DNA of 64,000 nt from Hypanus sabinus (lineage: Eukaryota): assembly GCF_030144855.1 (NCBI RefSeq), contig NC_082717.1:64170001-64234000 (forward strand), read 5' to 3'. Positions 24,226-38,865 of this stretch are shown one piece after another. Position numbers and translations under genes: made by a program. A model generated the notes under the pieces. It saw only the letters and a program-made list of their open reading frames with translations. It searched no databases and had not been told where the DNA came from. How positions within the stretch are numbered: the first letter of the stretch is position 1; each line of letters starts with the position of its first letter.

Positions 24226-27200
24226 AAAGTTCAAAGTAAATTTATTATCAAAATACATACATGTCACCATCTACAATCCTAGGACTAATTTTTCTTGCAG
24301 GCATACTCAATAAATCCAATAACCATAATATAATCAATAAATTACTGCACTCAATAAGGTGGGCAACCGGTGTGCAAAAGGCAACAAACTGCAAAAACAA
24401 ACAACAAATATCGAGAATGTAAGATGAAGAGTCCTTGAAAGTGAGTCCATTGGTTGTGGGAACATTTCAATGATGGTGCAAGTGAAGTTATAATCTTTGG
24501 TTCAAGGCCTGATGGTTGAGGGGGATAGTGGGGGTTCCTGATGCTGATTGCCTGCAACAACACTCCATGTGCTCAAAGGTGCGGAGGGCTTTAAGTGTGA
24601 TAGACTGGGCTGTATCCACTACTTTTTGTAGGATTTTCAGTTCAAGAGCAATGATGCTTCCATACCTGTGATGCAGCCAGACAATATACTCTCCTATCTA
24701 TATCTATGGAGGTTTGTCAAAGTTCTACACTTCATGCCAAATCTTTGCAAACTCCTGAAGAAGTACAAGCACTGTGATGCTTCTTTGTAATTGCAGAGGG
24801 CCAGGACAGATCCTCTGAAGTGATAACACTGAGGAATTGAAAGTTGCTGACCCTCTCCACTGCCGATCCTCCAATGAGTTCTGGCTCATAGACCTCAGAT
24901 TTCCTCCTCCTGAATAATTAGCTGTATGGTCTTGCTGACATTGAGTAAGAGGTTGTTCTGGCGCCACTCAGCCAGATTTTCAATCTCCCTCCTCTATGCT
25001 GATTCGTTACAATCTTTGATTCAGTCAACAGCAGTGGTGTTGTCAGCAAACTTAAATATGGTGAAGCACACAGTCATGAGTAAAAAGCGAGTAGAGCGTG
25101 GGCTAAGACCATAGGACATCGATGCCTTATGGGAGATTTTAATTTCCCAAAAATTGATCGGCATCTCCCTAAAGCAAGGGATTATATGGGGTGGAGTTTG
25201 TTAAGTGTGTTCAGGAAGGTATCTTGACAGAACATGTAGATAAGACTACAAGAAGAGAGACTGTACTTGATCTGATATTGGGACATGAACCTGGTCAGGT
25301 GTCAGATCTCTCAGCAGAAGAGCATTTTGGAGGTAGTGATCACAATTCTGTCTCCTTTACCATAGCGTTGGAGAGGGATAGGAACAGACAAGTTAGTTAA
25401 GTGTTTAATTGGAGTAAGGGGAAATATGAGGCTATCAGGCAGGAACTTGGAAGTATAAATTGGGGACAGATGTTCTCGGAAATTTGTGGAAGAAATGTGG
25501 CAAATGTTCAAGGGATATTTGCGTGGCATTCTGCATTGGTACGTTCTAATGATGTGGAAAAGATGGTACAGGAACCGTGGTGTACAATGGCTATTATATG
25601 TCTAGATACGAAGAAAAGCTTATGAAAGGTTCAACAAACTAGGTAACGATAGAGATCTAGAAGATTATAAGGCTAGCAGGAAGGAGCTTAAGAATTAAAT
25701 TAGGAGAGCTACAAGGCCATGAGAAGGCCTTGGCAGACAAGGTTAAGAAAAATCCCAAGGCATTCTACAAGTATGTGAAGAGCAAGAGGAGAAGACGTGA
25801 GAGAATAGGACCAATCAAGTGTAACAGTGGAAAAGTGTGTATGGAACCGGAGGAGATAGCTGAGGTGCTTACTGAGTACTTTACTTCAGTATTCACTATG
25901 GAAAAGGATCTTGGCGATTGTAGGGATGACTTAAGGTGAGCTGAAAAGCTTGAGCATGTAGATATTAAGAAAGAGGATGTGCTGGAGCTTTTGGAAAGCT
26001 TCAAGTTGGGTAAGTCACCAGGACTGGATGAGATATACTCCAGGCTACTGTGGGAGGTGAGGAGATTGCTGAGCCTCTGGCAATGATCTTTGCATCATCA
26101 ATGAGGTTGGGAGAGGTTCCGGAGGATTGGAGGGTTGGGATGTTGTTCCCTTATACAAGGAAGGGAGTAAGGGTAACCCAGGACATTATATAGACCAGTG
26201 AGTCTTACTTCAGTGGTTGGTAAGTTGATGGAGAAGATCCTGAGGGGCAGGTTCTATGAACATTTGGAGACGTATAATATGATTAGGAATAGTCAGTACG
26301 GCTTTGTCAAGGGGAGGTCGTGTCTTACAAGCTTGATTAAATTTTTTGAGGATGTGACTAAACACATTGATGAAGGAAGAGCAGTAGATGTAGTGTATAT
26401 GGATTTCAGTAAGGCATTAATAAGGTACCCCATGCAAGGCTTATCGAGAAAGTAAGGAGGCATGGAATCCAAGGGGACATTGCTTTGTGGATCCAGAATG
26501 GGCTTGCCCACAGAAGGCAAACAGTGGTTGTAGATGGGTCATATCCTGCATGGAGGTTGGTGACCAGTGGTGTCCCTCGGATCTGTTCTGGGACCCCTAC
26601 TCTTTGTGATTTTTATGAATGACCTGGATGAGGAAGTGGAGGGATGGGTTAGCAAATGTGCTGATGACACAAAGGTTGGGGGTGTTATGGAGGGCTGTCA
26701 GAGGTTACAGTGGGACATCGATAGGATGCAAAACTGGGCTGAGGAGTGCCAGATCCTTCAACACAGATAAGTGTCAAGAGGTTCATTTTGGTAGGTCAAG
26801 TATGATGGCAGAATATAGTATTAATGGTAAGACTCTGGCAGTGTGGAAAATTAGAGGGATATTGGGGTCTGAGTCCATAGGACATTCAAAGCTGTTACAC
26901 AGGTTGACGCTGTGGTTAAGAAGCCATACGGTGCATTGGCCTTCATCAATCGTGGGATTGCTTTCAGGATCCAAGATGTAATGTTGCAACTACTTCGGAC
27001 CCTGGTCAAACCCCACTTGGAGTACTGCACTCAGTTCTGTTTGCCTCACTTCAGGAAGGATGTGGAAACCCTAGAAAGGGTGCAGAGGAGATTTACAAGG
27101 ATGTTGCCTGGATTGGGGAGAATGCCTTATGAGAATAGGTTGAGTAAACTTGGCCTTTTCTGCTTGGCAAGACGGAGGAGGAGAAGTGACCTGATAGAAG

Positions 27201-28060
27201 TGTATAAGATGATGAAAGGCATTGATTGCTTGGATAGTCAGAGGTTTTTTCCCGGGGCTGAAATGGTGAACACGCGAGGGCACAGTCTTAAGGTGTTTGG
27301 AAGTAGATACAGAGGAGATGTCAGGGGTAAGTTGTCTTTTTTTATGCAGAGACTGGCGAGTGTGTGGAATGGGCTGCCGGCAACGATGGTGGAGGCGGAC
27401 TTGATAGGGTCTTTTAAGAGACTCCTGGATATGAACATGGACCTTAGAAAAACAGAGGGCTATGGGTAACCCCAGGTAATTTCTAAGGTAAGGACATGTT
27501 TGGCACAGCTTTTTGGGCCGAAGGACTTGTATTGTGCTGTAGATTTTCTATGCAGCTTACGCTGGTGAAGATTGTGGAGATGTTGTTGCTATGCAAACTT
27601 TCTAAGGAAATCGAGGATCCAATTGCCCAAGGAGGTATTGAGGTCAAGATTGTGAAGCTTATTGATTAGTTTTGAAGGGATGATTGTATTGAATACTGAG
27701 CTGTAGCTGATGAAGAGCATCCTGATGTATACACCTTTGCTACCCAAATGTTCTCAGGTTCATTGAAGAGTCAATGGTATGGCATTTGCTGTGGATCTGT
27801 TGTACTGGTAGGTAAATTGGAGCGGATCCAAGTTGCTTCTCAGATAGGAGTTCATATGTTTTATCACCAACTTCTCAAAGCACTTCATTACCATGTATGT
27901 AATTCCTACTGGATGATAGTCTTTGAGGCAGGTTACCATGTTCTTCTTCATGATGGTTCCTCCATGTTTTTGCGGTCAAAGTGAGCGCAGAAGGCATTGA
28001 GCTCAGCTGGAAGTGAAGCTCTGTTGGTATCTTTGTTTCTTATGTTACCCAAGTTGTCAC
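24226..28060 (-). mobile_element. Rex1/Babar LINE split by a CR1 insertion (24226-25108 and 27553-28060)
   Basis: 3' tail ATAAATTTACTTTGAACTTT. The RT region breaks at the LSP.LY motif and resumes after the CR1 (DYHPVGITYMVMKCFEKLV). Confidence 0.75.
25120..27552 (+). mobile_element. CR1 LINE, endonuclease end through 3'UTR, frameshifted
   Basis: MGDFNFP, LDLIL, SDHNS, QYGFVKGRSCLT, YMDFSKA, CADDTK, QRRFTRMLPG and a TTTCTATG tail. Confidence 0.95.
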
Positions 28061-28077
28061 CAAAGTGAATATAGTAC

Positions 28078-31000
28078 TAAGACCAGAGGACATAGGAGCA
28101 CAATTAGACCATCTGGCATCATTGAGTATGCTCTGCCATTCAATCATGGCTGATCCTCTTTTTCTATCTCATCCTCAACCCCAGTTCCCAACCTTCTTCC
28201 CGTAACCTTTGATGTCATGCCCGAACAAGAACCTATTAATCTTTGCCACAAATACACCCAATGACCTGGCCTCCACAGCTACATGTGGCAGCAACTTCCA
28301 CAAATTCACCACCCTTTGGCTAAAGAAATTTCTTCTCATCTCTGTTTTGAAAGGGTACCCCTCTATAGTGAGGCTGTGCCCTCCTGTCCTAGATTCTTCT
28401 ACCATGGGAAACATCCTTTCCACATGTACTGTCTCAGCCTTACAATATTCAAAAGGTTTCAATGAGATCCCCACTCATCCTTCTGAATTCCAGCGAGTAC
28501 AGACCCAGAGCCATCAAATGTTCCTTGTATGATAACCCTTTCATTCCTGGAATCATCCTTGTGAACTCCTCTGGACCCTCTCCAATCCCAGTACATCTTT
28601 TCTAAGATGAGGGGGCCAAAACTGTTCACAATACTCAAGGTGAGACCTCACCAGTGCCTTATAAAGCCTCAGCATCACATCCTTATTCTTGTATTCTAGA
28701 CCTCCTGAAAGGAATACTAACATGGCATTTGCCTTCCTCACCACCGACTCAACCTGCAAGTTAACCTTCAGGGTGTTCTGCACAAGGATTCTCAAGTCCC
28801 TTTGCATCTCAGATTCCTGAATTTTCTCCCTGTTTCAAAAACAGTCCGTACATTTGTTTCTACTACCAAAGTGCAAGACCATGCATTTTCCAACATAGTA
28901 TTTCTTTGCCACTTTCTTGCCCATTCTCCTAATCTGTCAAAGTCATTCTGCATCCTACCTGTTTCCTCAACAGTACATGCCTCTCCACCAATCTTCTTAT
29001 CATCTGCAAACTTGGCAACAAAGCCATCTATTCCATTATCTTAAATTATTTATACAGAGCATAAAAAGAAGTGGCCCCAACACTGACCCCTGCGGAAGAC
29101 TACTAGTCACTGGCAGCCAACCAGAAAAGGACGCTTTTATTCCCAAACACTGCGTCCTACCAATCAGCCAATGATTTAACCATGTTAGTAACTTTCCTGT
29201 AATATCATGTGGAACCTCGTCAAAGGCCTTCTGAAAGTCCAAATACTGTGTACAACATCCACTGCATCCCCTTTATCTATCCTACTTGTAATCTCCTCAA
29301 AAAATTCCAGCAGGTTTGTCAGGCAGGATTTTCCCCGAGGAAAACCATGCTAATTTTGTACCATCTGGTCCTGTGTCACCAAGTATTCCACCACCTCATC
29401 CTTAACAATCGACTCCAACATCTTCCCAACCACTGAGGTCAGGCTAACTGGTCTATAATTTCCTTTCTGCTGCCTTCCTCCTTTCTTAAAGAGTGGAGTG
29501 ACATGTGCAATTTTCCAGTCCTCTGGCACCATGCCAGAGTCCAATGATTTTTGAAAGATAATTTCTAATGCCACCACAATCCCTAACGCTACTTCTTTCA
29601 GAACCTATGGTTCAGGGATAACTTATGTACCTTTAGTTCTTTCAGCTTTTTGACAACCTTCTCTCTTGTAACAGTAACTGCACCCACTTCTCTTCCTTCA
29701 CACACTACAACATCAGGTATACTGCTGGTATCTTCCACGGTAAAGACTGATGCAAAATACTCATTTAGTTCATCAGCCATCTCCTTGTCCCCATTATTAT
29801 TTCTTCTGCCTCATTTTCTAGTAGTCCTATATCCACTCTCATTTCTCTATATTTTTCACATACTTGAAAAAACTTTTACTATCCACTTTGATATTATTTG
29901 CTAGCTTGCTTTCATATTTCATCTTTTCCCTTCTAATGGTTTTTTTTAAGTTACTCTCTGTAAGTTTTTAAAAACTTCCCAATTCTCTATCTTCCCACTA
30001 ATTTTTGCTTTGTTGTATGCCCTTTCTTTTGCTTTTACAATAGCTTTGACTTCCCTTGTCAGCCATGGTTGTACTATGTTACTATTTGAGTAGTTCTTCA
30101 ATTTTGGAATACACATGTCCTAAGCCTTTCCTCATTATTCCCAGAAATGCACGCCATTGCTGTTCTGCTGACATCACTGCCAGCAGCTCCTTCCAGTTTA
30201 CTTTGGCTAACTCCTCTCTCATACCACTGTAATTTCCCTAACTCCACAGAAATACTTGACTTTCTCCCTATCAAATTTCAAGTTGAACACAGTCATACTG
30301 TGATCACTGATTCCTGAGGGTTCTTTTACCTTAAGCTCCATTATCACCCCCAGTTCATTACATAACTCCCAATCCAGTATAGCTCATCCCCTAGTAGGCT
30401 CATGACAAAAGCTTTAAAAAACTCTCTCTTCAGCATTCAACAAATGCACTGTCTAGAAATTCATTACCAACCTGATTTTCCCAATCGACCTGCATGTTAA
30501 AATCTCCCTTGACTACCATAACATTGCCCTTTTGACTCGCCTTTTCTATTTCCTGTTGCAAACTGTGGTCCATCTCTCAGCCACTGTTGGGAGGCCTGTG
30601 TACAACTTCCATAAACTGTCCTTTTATCCTTGCAGTTTCTTAACTCAACCCACAAGGATATAACATCTTCCGAACCTATGTCACATCTTTTTACTGATTT
30701 GATGCCATTCTTTACCAGTAGAGCCACACCACCCCCTCTGCCTACCTTCCTAAACCTCTGATATAATGTGTAACCTTGGACATTCAGTTCTCAACTACAA
30801 CTATCCTTCAGCCACGGTTCAGTGATGGCCACAAATTCATATCTGGCAATCTGTAAATATTGCAACGATCATCCACCTTATTTCTTACACTACATGCATT
30901 TACATATAACACCCTGAGTACCAGATTTGCTGTCCTTTCTGACTCTACATCCCTAATGATTTGATACTCAGCCTGTTGGCTGCAGCTAAGTCCCATCACC

Positions 31001-32110
31001 TGCCTGCCCTTCCTGACAATCTGACTGCATGCTATCTTTACTTTTCTACCATCTATCCTTTTCAGAGTCCCTTCACTCTGGTTCCCACACCTCTGCCAAG
31101 TTAGTTTAAACCCTCCCCAATAGCTCTAAAAAACCTGCCCAAGAGAATATTGGTTGCCTTCGGGTTCAGCTGCAACACGTCACTTTTGAACAGGTCATAC
31201 CTCCCCCAGTAGAGACCCCAATTACCAAAGAACCTTAAGCCCTGCCCCCTGCACCAGCTTCTCAGCCACGCATTTATCTGCCAAATCAAACTGTTTCTAC
31301 CTTCACTGGCGCGTGGTAAAAGCAGCAAACCAGAAATCACTACTACCAGCTTTCTACCTAGCTCTCTAAATGCTCCTTTCAGGACCTCATTGCTTTTCCT
31401 TCCTATGTCATTGGTACCATTATGTACTGAGACATCCCTGACTCTGGCACTTTGGAGCCAACATGCCATCCGGGTGTCCTGTTTGTTCCCTATCACTACC
31501 ACTCCCTCCTTCTCTCTTTCCCTTCTGCACCACGGACCCATGCTCAGTGCCTGTAACCCAGTCACGGTGGTATTCTCCCGGGAGGTCATCCCCCACCAAA
31601 GTATACAAAGCACTTACTTGTTTTTGAGCTGAATGGCCTCTGTTCTAACTGCCTATTTCCATTTTTCTTGATGGTCACCCAGCTACTCTCCTGCAACTTC
31701 AGGATAATTACTCCCCTGTAGCTTTGATCCAATTATATCCTTGCTCTCCCGTACAAGCTGAAGATCATCCAGTTGCTGCAGCTGGATGCACTTCATGCAG
31801 ATAATTCCCGGGAGATTCCAACATCTGGTACGAAGAGCACACCACAGCCATTTAATTGGTACAGTAGAAGGAAAAAAATAAAAAGGAAACCTTAACAAAC
31901 ACTTTACACAGAGCCAGAGCCTCTTTTGAGCCAAAGCCTGTTGCTTCTATTCTTGCCACTGACCAACTCTCGTACAATGGCCGCTCTGCTTATCCTGTAC
32001 TTTTATTTAGTTCGTAGAGCCCTGTTGGCGTGGCTGATAGTCCAAGTACAATGGACAAACGCTCTTAAAGCTCCTTTTTTAAATTACTGCCGCTGACCTG
32101 CGAGAAATCC
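28078..32110 (-). mobile_element. Near-full-length decayed CR1 (ORF1 with SGNH-type esterase, plus ORF2)
   Basis: ORF1 remnant 31613-31101 (HNGTNDIGRK..VVISGLL..NAWLRSWC..GEGLN), then LYVNACSVRNKVD endonuclease, YRPVSLTSVVGK, DFQKAFD and the 3'UTR. Confidence 0.9.
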
Positions 32111-34104
32111 CTCTTGGTAGAGCTGTGTTGAATTGGCTGAGGATCATTACATTAACTTTGCTCAAAATAGTGGGTACCACTATGTTGCAGAATAGTTGTG
32201 TTCTGAAAAAAAAAACTGGCAAAGCAATCTCTTAATGACCAGCAGCTATATTTGGAGGATAGAAGTGAATGCAGTTGCTCATCATCTTCCTGACTTCAGT
32301 TTGAATGGAGACATAAAAATTTAAATGCACATCAAATTCAGGCAGGATAGCTTAATGATATAATTCACAAAAAAAAAAACAGCAATCATTTAGGATTTAC
32401 AATTTGCTAGTCCTGTTTCAGACATCTCGAGGGAAAGTATAATTGAAATCTCTTAGGGGGAAAAACAGCAACGATTAATTGCACCCATATAAACGTTAGC
32501 AGTAATGAGCCCTTTAGGTCTCATTAAAAGTGTCAGTAAGCTGGCATCAGAAGAGCAACTGCATTGTATAACTCAACACTGACCATCGCTTTGGCTCTAC
32601 TAATGCTGCTCGATTTGCTGAACTCTTCCACAAGTTTGTTTTCTACTGCGGATAGAATCTTGGAGCAGACTGGCAGCAGGAGGAGGTGACACCATTACCT
32701 TAACAGCTCTTCCAGTCCTTCTTGCTTTCAAAATTGATGACTTGGATTCAACAACATATTGAATCATTTTCAGATAGGCAGGTGACCCATAACCTCCAAA
32801 TATAGAAAACACTTAAAGTAATAGATATTGAAAGGACATCGACAGGCTAGAGAAATGGGCAGATGAAAGTGAATGTAAAAAATTGTTTCACATGATGCAT
32901 TTTGATCAGAAGAATGAGACAGACAATAATATATGGAATATACTTTTAAAAGGTGAATGTGAAGAGTGATCTGTAAGTTTTTAATGCTCAAACCTTAATT
33001 GATGAGAGGAAATGTTAAAAATCATGGAGTCCAAATGCCTAGAGTACAAAAGGAAGTTTTGGCAGTTTATCAGAAAAGGATCAATTAAGAGATTTACGTG
33101 AATGGACGAGGAATTGCACTTCCATGAATGGCAACCTCCTTTATGGATCTGCAATATTTTTTATGCATCAGATTTTAGTCTCTCAAAAATTAATAATGTT
33201 AAATGGTCTCACTAATTAATTTATGTTTTTTCTGTCGATAAGGAATCAGTGCTCCATGTTGTACTTGAGACTGAAACTTTTGATTAGTTTTCAAGTTAAT
33301 CCAATTAAGCTTCTTTTCATCAGAATCAAATCCAGGAAAGCACTGAAGAAACAAAACAGCTGAAAACTGTATGTTCAATACTACAGAAGCTCTGAAAAGA
33401 AAATGCTAAAAAAAGAAAAACAATATTTTATTTCAAAATGTATAAATATTAAATTGCTTTTTAAGAGTAATATAAAAGTAGTGTTTGTTAGCTGATCTAC
33501 AATGATAATTCCCTGTGATGGTACAGCTGAGATTGAAAAATTCCACAATTGATAATTGAGAGTGTGAGCCAAATCCAAAACCATACCCATAGTCCTTGTC
33601 AGCCCAGATGCAGCAGAGCATCATTAGTAAATAGAGATATATTTGAACAAAAAGTCAAAACTTCACAATCCAGCTACATTGCAATTAGTGGCATACAGCT
33701 TTCAACACAGAATCCAACACACTTTTGAATATATATTTCAGAATAATGAACATGGCTACAAAAATCACTGCAACCAATTAAATATTCTTCAAAAAAGAGT
33801 GCTACATGGCTCCTTGATTACATAATATAAAATAAGAAACAGAGTTATACATAATTGAAACAGGTCCTTCACCCTACAACATACATGCTGACTATCCCAT
33901 TTTCCAGTACTTGACCCATATTCTTCTATGCCTTGGCAACTCAAGTGCTCATCCTGAACTTTCTAAAATGTGTCTCCACCACCCCCTCAGATGTCATGTT
34001 CTAGATTCCAAACACCCTCTGGTTGAGTAGCTTTTCCCCAAGATCCCCTTTAACTTATTCACTATTAACTTTTAACCATCTCTCACAGGCTTTATTCATC
34101 TTGA

Positions 34105-37090
34105 TGGAATGACACAAGAACAGCCAAGGCTGGAGTTTCTGGGGCAATTCAGAAGGTGCAGGACAGATACATCCCAAAGATAAAGTAATATTTTTCTAAA
34201 AGGAGGATGAGGTAACCGTGGCTGATGAGAGAACTCAAGGACAGCATAAAACGAGAAGACAGGGCATATAATATAGCAAATATTAGTGGGAAGTTAAGAG
34301 TATTATGAAGCTTTAAAAAACCAGCAGATGGCAACTAAAAAGCCATCTACTAGGATAGAAAGATGAAATATGAAGGTAAGCTAGACAATAATATAAAAGA
34401 GGAAAAAAGTTTTTTTCCGATATATAAAGAGTAAAAGAGAGGTGAGAGTGGATTTCAGACTGCTGGAAAATGATGCTGTAGAGGTAGCGATGGGGGAGGG
34501 GGGTTGCAAAGAAATGGCAGAGTAAATTCTTAGCACACTGTTAGTGTCAGGAGCAGAAGTGAGTGCAGTTGCTATTACTAAGGAAGTTGTGCCTGAAAAA
34601 ATGAAAGGTCTGAAGGTAGAAGAGCCACCTGGACCAGATGAACTACATCCCAGGGTTACATTTATAATGATCTTTCAAGAATGCTGGAATGGTTCCACAG
34701 GGCAGGAAAACTGCAAAAAATGTCACTGCACTTGCTAAGAAGGGAGGGAAAAGAAGAAAGGAAATGTAAGGCCAGTTAGCCTGACTTCAATGGTTGGGTA
34801 AAAGTTGGAGTCCATTACTTGGAGACACATGATAAAACAGACTAAGGTCAGCATGGTTTCCTCAAGGGGAAACCTTGCTTGACTGAACTGTAGGAATTTT
34901 TTTAGGAAACAACAGACAGGAGAGACAAAGGAAAGACCAAAAGACAGAGGAGTAGAATTAGGCCATTCAGCCCATCGAGTCTGCTTTGCCATTCCATCAT
35001 GGCTGATCCTGGATCCCATTCAACCCTATACACCCGCCTTCTTGCCATATCCTTTGATGTCCTGACCAATCAGGAAATGATCAGACCGATCGGAAAATCC
35101 AAGTAAATCCACTGCCTCTCCTTTGTTCACTCTGCTTGTCACTTCCTTAAGGAACTCTAATATCTATCAGGCAAGATTTCCCTTTATAAAACCCATGCTG
35201 ACTTTGACTTATTTTGTCATTAGTCTCCAAGTACCTCGAAATCACATCCTTAATAATAGACTCCAACACTTTCCGAAGGACTGAGATTAGGCTATTTGGC
35301 CAACAATTTCCTTTCTTTTGCCTTCCTCCCTTCTGAAAGAGTGGCGTGACATTTGCAATCTTCTAGTCCTCTGGGTGCATGCCAGAATCAAGTGATTCTT
35401 GAAAGATCATGACCAATGCATCTGTTATCTCTTCAGCAACCTCTCTCAGGACTCTGGGATGTCATCCAACTGGCCCAGGTGACTTATCCATTTTAAGACT
35501 TCTGAGTTTTAAAGTCAGTTGCTGCTGTTTACTTGGATTTTTCAGAATGCCTTTGACAAGGTGTTGCACATGAAGTTGCTTAACAACATAAGAGCCCATG
35601 GTATTATAGGAAAGATAATGGACAGAAAACTGGTTAATTGGCAGGAGGCAAAGAGTGGGAATAATGGGGGCATACTCTGTGGTTGTCTGCCAGTGATTAG
35701 TGGTGTTCCACAGGAATCGGTGCTGGGACTGCTTTTTTCATGTTATATGTCAATAATTTGAATGATGGTTTTGTGGCCAAGTTATGGATGATTCAAAGAT
35801 AGGTGGAGGGGCAGGTAGTGTTGAGGAAGCAGAGAGTCTGCAGAAGAACAGGCAAAGAGTTGGCAGATGGTATATAGTGTAGGGAAGAGTACGGGCATGT
35901 ACCGTGATAAAGGGAATAAAGGCAGAGTCTACTTATTTTTAAACGGGCAGAAATTTAAAGAAAAAAATCAGATGTGCAAAGGGACTTGGGAGCTCTTCTG
36001 CAGGATTCCCTAAAGGCTAACTTGAGTCTGTAGTAAGGAAAATAAATGCAATCAGAAACAGAAGAAAATCTGCAGATGCTAGAAATCCAAGCAACACACA
36101 CAAAATGCTGTAGGAACTCAGCAGGCCAGGCAACGTCAATGGAAAAGATTACAGACTCCGTCCTTCTGAAGGGTCTTGGCCTGAAACATTTACTGTACTC
36201 TTTTCCAGAGATGTTGCTGGGCTTGCTGAATTCTTCCAGCATTTTCTGTATGTTGCAAAGCAAATACAATGTTAATATTTGTTTTGAGGACCAGACGATA
36301 AAAACAATGATGCAGTGCTGAGGCTTTTTAAGACACAGGTCAGACCACACTTGGAATATTGTGAGCAGCTTTGGGCCCTCTATCTATAGAGATGCAGCGT
36401 GAAATAGGCCCTTCGAGCTGCACTGCCCAGCAATCTCTGGATTTAATCTGAGCCTATTTTAATCCTAATCACAGGACAATATATTACAAGCAATTAACCT
36501 ACAAACAGGTATGCCTTTGGACTGTAGGAGGAAACCGGAGCACTTGGACATGGAGAAACTCACGCGTCACAAGGAGAATGTACAGACTTCTTACAGGTAG
36601 CAACAAAAAAAATGTGCTGGCATTGGCGAGGGTCCAGAGGGGTTCATAAGAACGATTCTACGAATGAAAGTGTTAACGTACGAAGAGTGTTTGATGGCTC
36701 CGACCCTATACTCAGTGGAGTTCAGAACAATGAGGGGGAATCTCATTGAAACCTATCAAATATTGAAAGGCCTAGACAGAATGGATGTGGAGTCTGGACC
36801 AGAAGACACAGCCTCTGAATGTAGGGATATCCATTTTTGTACAGAGATGAGGAGGAATTTCTTTCGCCAGACAGTGGTGAATCTGTGGAATTCATTACCA
36901 CAGTGGAGGCCAAGTCAATGAGTATATTTAAAGCAGAGGTTGATAGGTTCTTGATTATTCAGGGTGTCAAAGGTTATAGGGAGAAGGCAGAAGAGTAGGG
37001 TTGAAATGGATAATACATCAGCCATAATAAAACAGCAGCCACAGACTCGATGGGCCAAATTGCCTACTTCTGCTCCAATTTGTTGTGGTC
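34105..37090 (+). mobile_element. CR1 LINE hosting three later insertions
   Basis: Collinear CR1 motifs interrupted by a minus-strand CR1 (34933-35510), a Penelope-derived palindrome (36055-36257) and a SINE (36385-36605). Confidence 0.8.
36055..36257. mobile_element. Penelope-derived inverted-repeat insertion
   Basis: GCAACACACACAAAATGCTG...CAGCATTTTCTGTATGTTGC arms. Flanks AAATGCAAT / AAATACAAT look like a target duplication. Confidence 0.7.
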
Positions 37091-38481
37091 TTTGCTGTGG
37101 GGAAAAGCTTCTTACAATCTACCTACTCTATGCTACCCAGAAGTTTGCATACCTTATTAGGTTCCATGTCAGTCTACTCTGCTCAAAGCAAAAGAAACCC
37201 AGCCTATCCAGTGCCTTCTTACTATTGAGATGCTTTATTCCAGGCAACAAACTGGCTAATCTCCTCTTCTCAAAAGTGCAATAACATGTTTGCCTGTTCA
37301 GTAGCAACCAGAACAGCCTGCAATGCTGCAACAGTGGCTCAAGTAATTCATATCCAGAATCATTCTTAGGAACCTCCTCTGGACCCTCGCCAGCTCATTT
37401 TCCCTTAGATACAGGGTCCAAAATTGCTCACAATATGCCAAATGTGGTTTGACTAACCCCTTACAAAGCTTCAGTAGTACATCCTTGCTTTTATTCTAGA
37501 CCTCCCTAAATGAATGCTGATGTTAAATTTGCCTTTACCATCAATTCATACTTCTACAGTTAAATCAAATATGTACATAACAGTCAAGTTCCAGCACAGA
37601 TCCCTGTCACACAATTCCAAAGGCAAAATTTCCCACTGCCTTCTCTGCACCTACAATTATCAAGCCAAATTTGGATGCATTTCACAGCTTGGTCTGGATC
37701 CTTTGGAGCTCTAACCCTTTGGATGAGATTGCTATGTATGACCTGGTCAAAGAACTTAATGAGATACATCAACTACACTGCCTTCATCAAATCATTTTGG
37801 TATGTTCTTTAAAACACTCAGTTGAATTGGTCAGAAAGGATACCCCCTCCCCCTTTCATGCTGCCTAACTTAGACTAATCTCTGTCTTCCCAAACACAGA
37901 TTAATCTTATTCCTCAGTTATTTCTAATCATTGACAATAGACTCACTGCCTATATTATTTGATTTATCCCTGCCACCCTTTGTGAATAAAGATAACACAA
38001 TTGCTCTCCTCAGTAATCAGATGCTTGGCATGTGGCCAGAAAAGAATTAAAAATCTGTCAGAGTCCTTGACTCCCACCAGAGCCTTTTGTACATCTCATC
38101 AGGAGCTGATGATTTATTCACCTTTAAATGTTCCTCCATTTCAGTGGTAATTTTTTTCTACATTCTACCTTCCCTATTCCTGAATTCCTCAACTGCAATG
38201 TCTTTCAGCTAAGTGAATCCAATGCTTAAGGTTGCATAATATGAGAAATCATTTTAAATGAAACATATTTGGAGCTTTCATCTATCAGGAGACTGAGGGA
38301 TAGAAATGCAAAAGCACAGTTTACAGCCAAATTAAAGTAATGGGCTAAGTGGCTTTTTAATATTCTATGTTCACACATGTGCCATTCCGAGCAATGCTGC
38401 TAACAATGGTTAACTTGTCTGATTGGTAAGGGTCACTTCTCTGGCAATTCAGCTGGTGAATTTAAAATAATCATCACTAAC

Positions 38482-38590
38482 CTGTCTGTGAGCTGAAGTC
38501 CTCATTAAATGTTTGACCATTTTCAGCAAGTTGAAAGGATGCAGATGGAGAAACTGCATTAACTCCATTCAGCTTTGATTCTGTTAATGG
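38482..38590 (-). CDS. UTRN: Utrophin exon, homolog of DMD exon 76 (109 nt, phase 0/1)
   Basis: tattttttcag|CCA TTA ACA...CAG ACA G|gttagt gives PLTESKLNGVNAVSPSASFQLAENGQTFNEDFSSQT(D). Phases join the two flanking exons exactly. Not in the supplied ORF track. Confidence 0.9.
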
Positions 38591-38654
38591 CTGAAAAAAA
38601 TAGTCCATGTTATACAGTAATTATGCTAAATTGTTTTAAACTTTGGTTAAATAT

Positions 38655-38865
38655 TCAGAATTCTTTGCCATAGACAGCTGTGGAGACTGAGTATTTATGC
38701 ATACTTAAGGTAAAGGTTGATAGATTCTTGATTGGTCAGGGCATGAATGGCTATGGGGAGAAAGCAGGAGATTCAAGCTGAGGAAAATTGGATCAGCCAT
38801 GATGAAATGGTTGAGCAGACTCGATGGGCCAAATGGCCCAATTCTGCTCCTATATCTTATGGTTT
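38655..38865 (+). mobile_element. CR1 3' end fragment
   Basis: NSLP..AVE..FLIGQGM.GYG plus GGGCCAAATGGCCCAATTCTGCTCCTATATCTTATGG tail. Confidence 0.8.

Noticed and set aside
32600-32812. GNGVTSS segment as a utrophin exon
   Set aside because: In-frame stop and no convincing splice sites.
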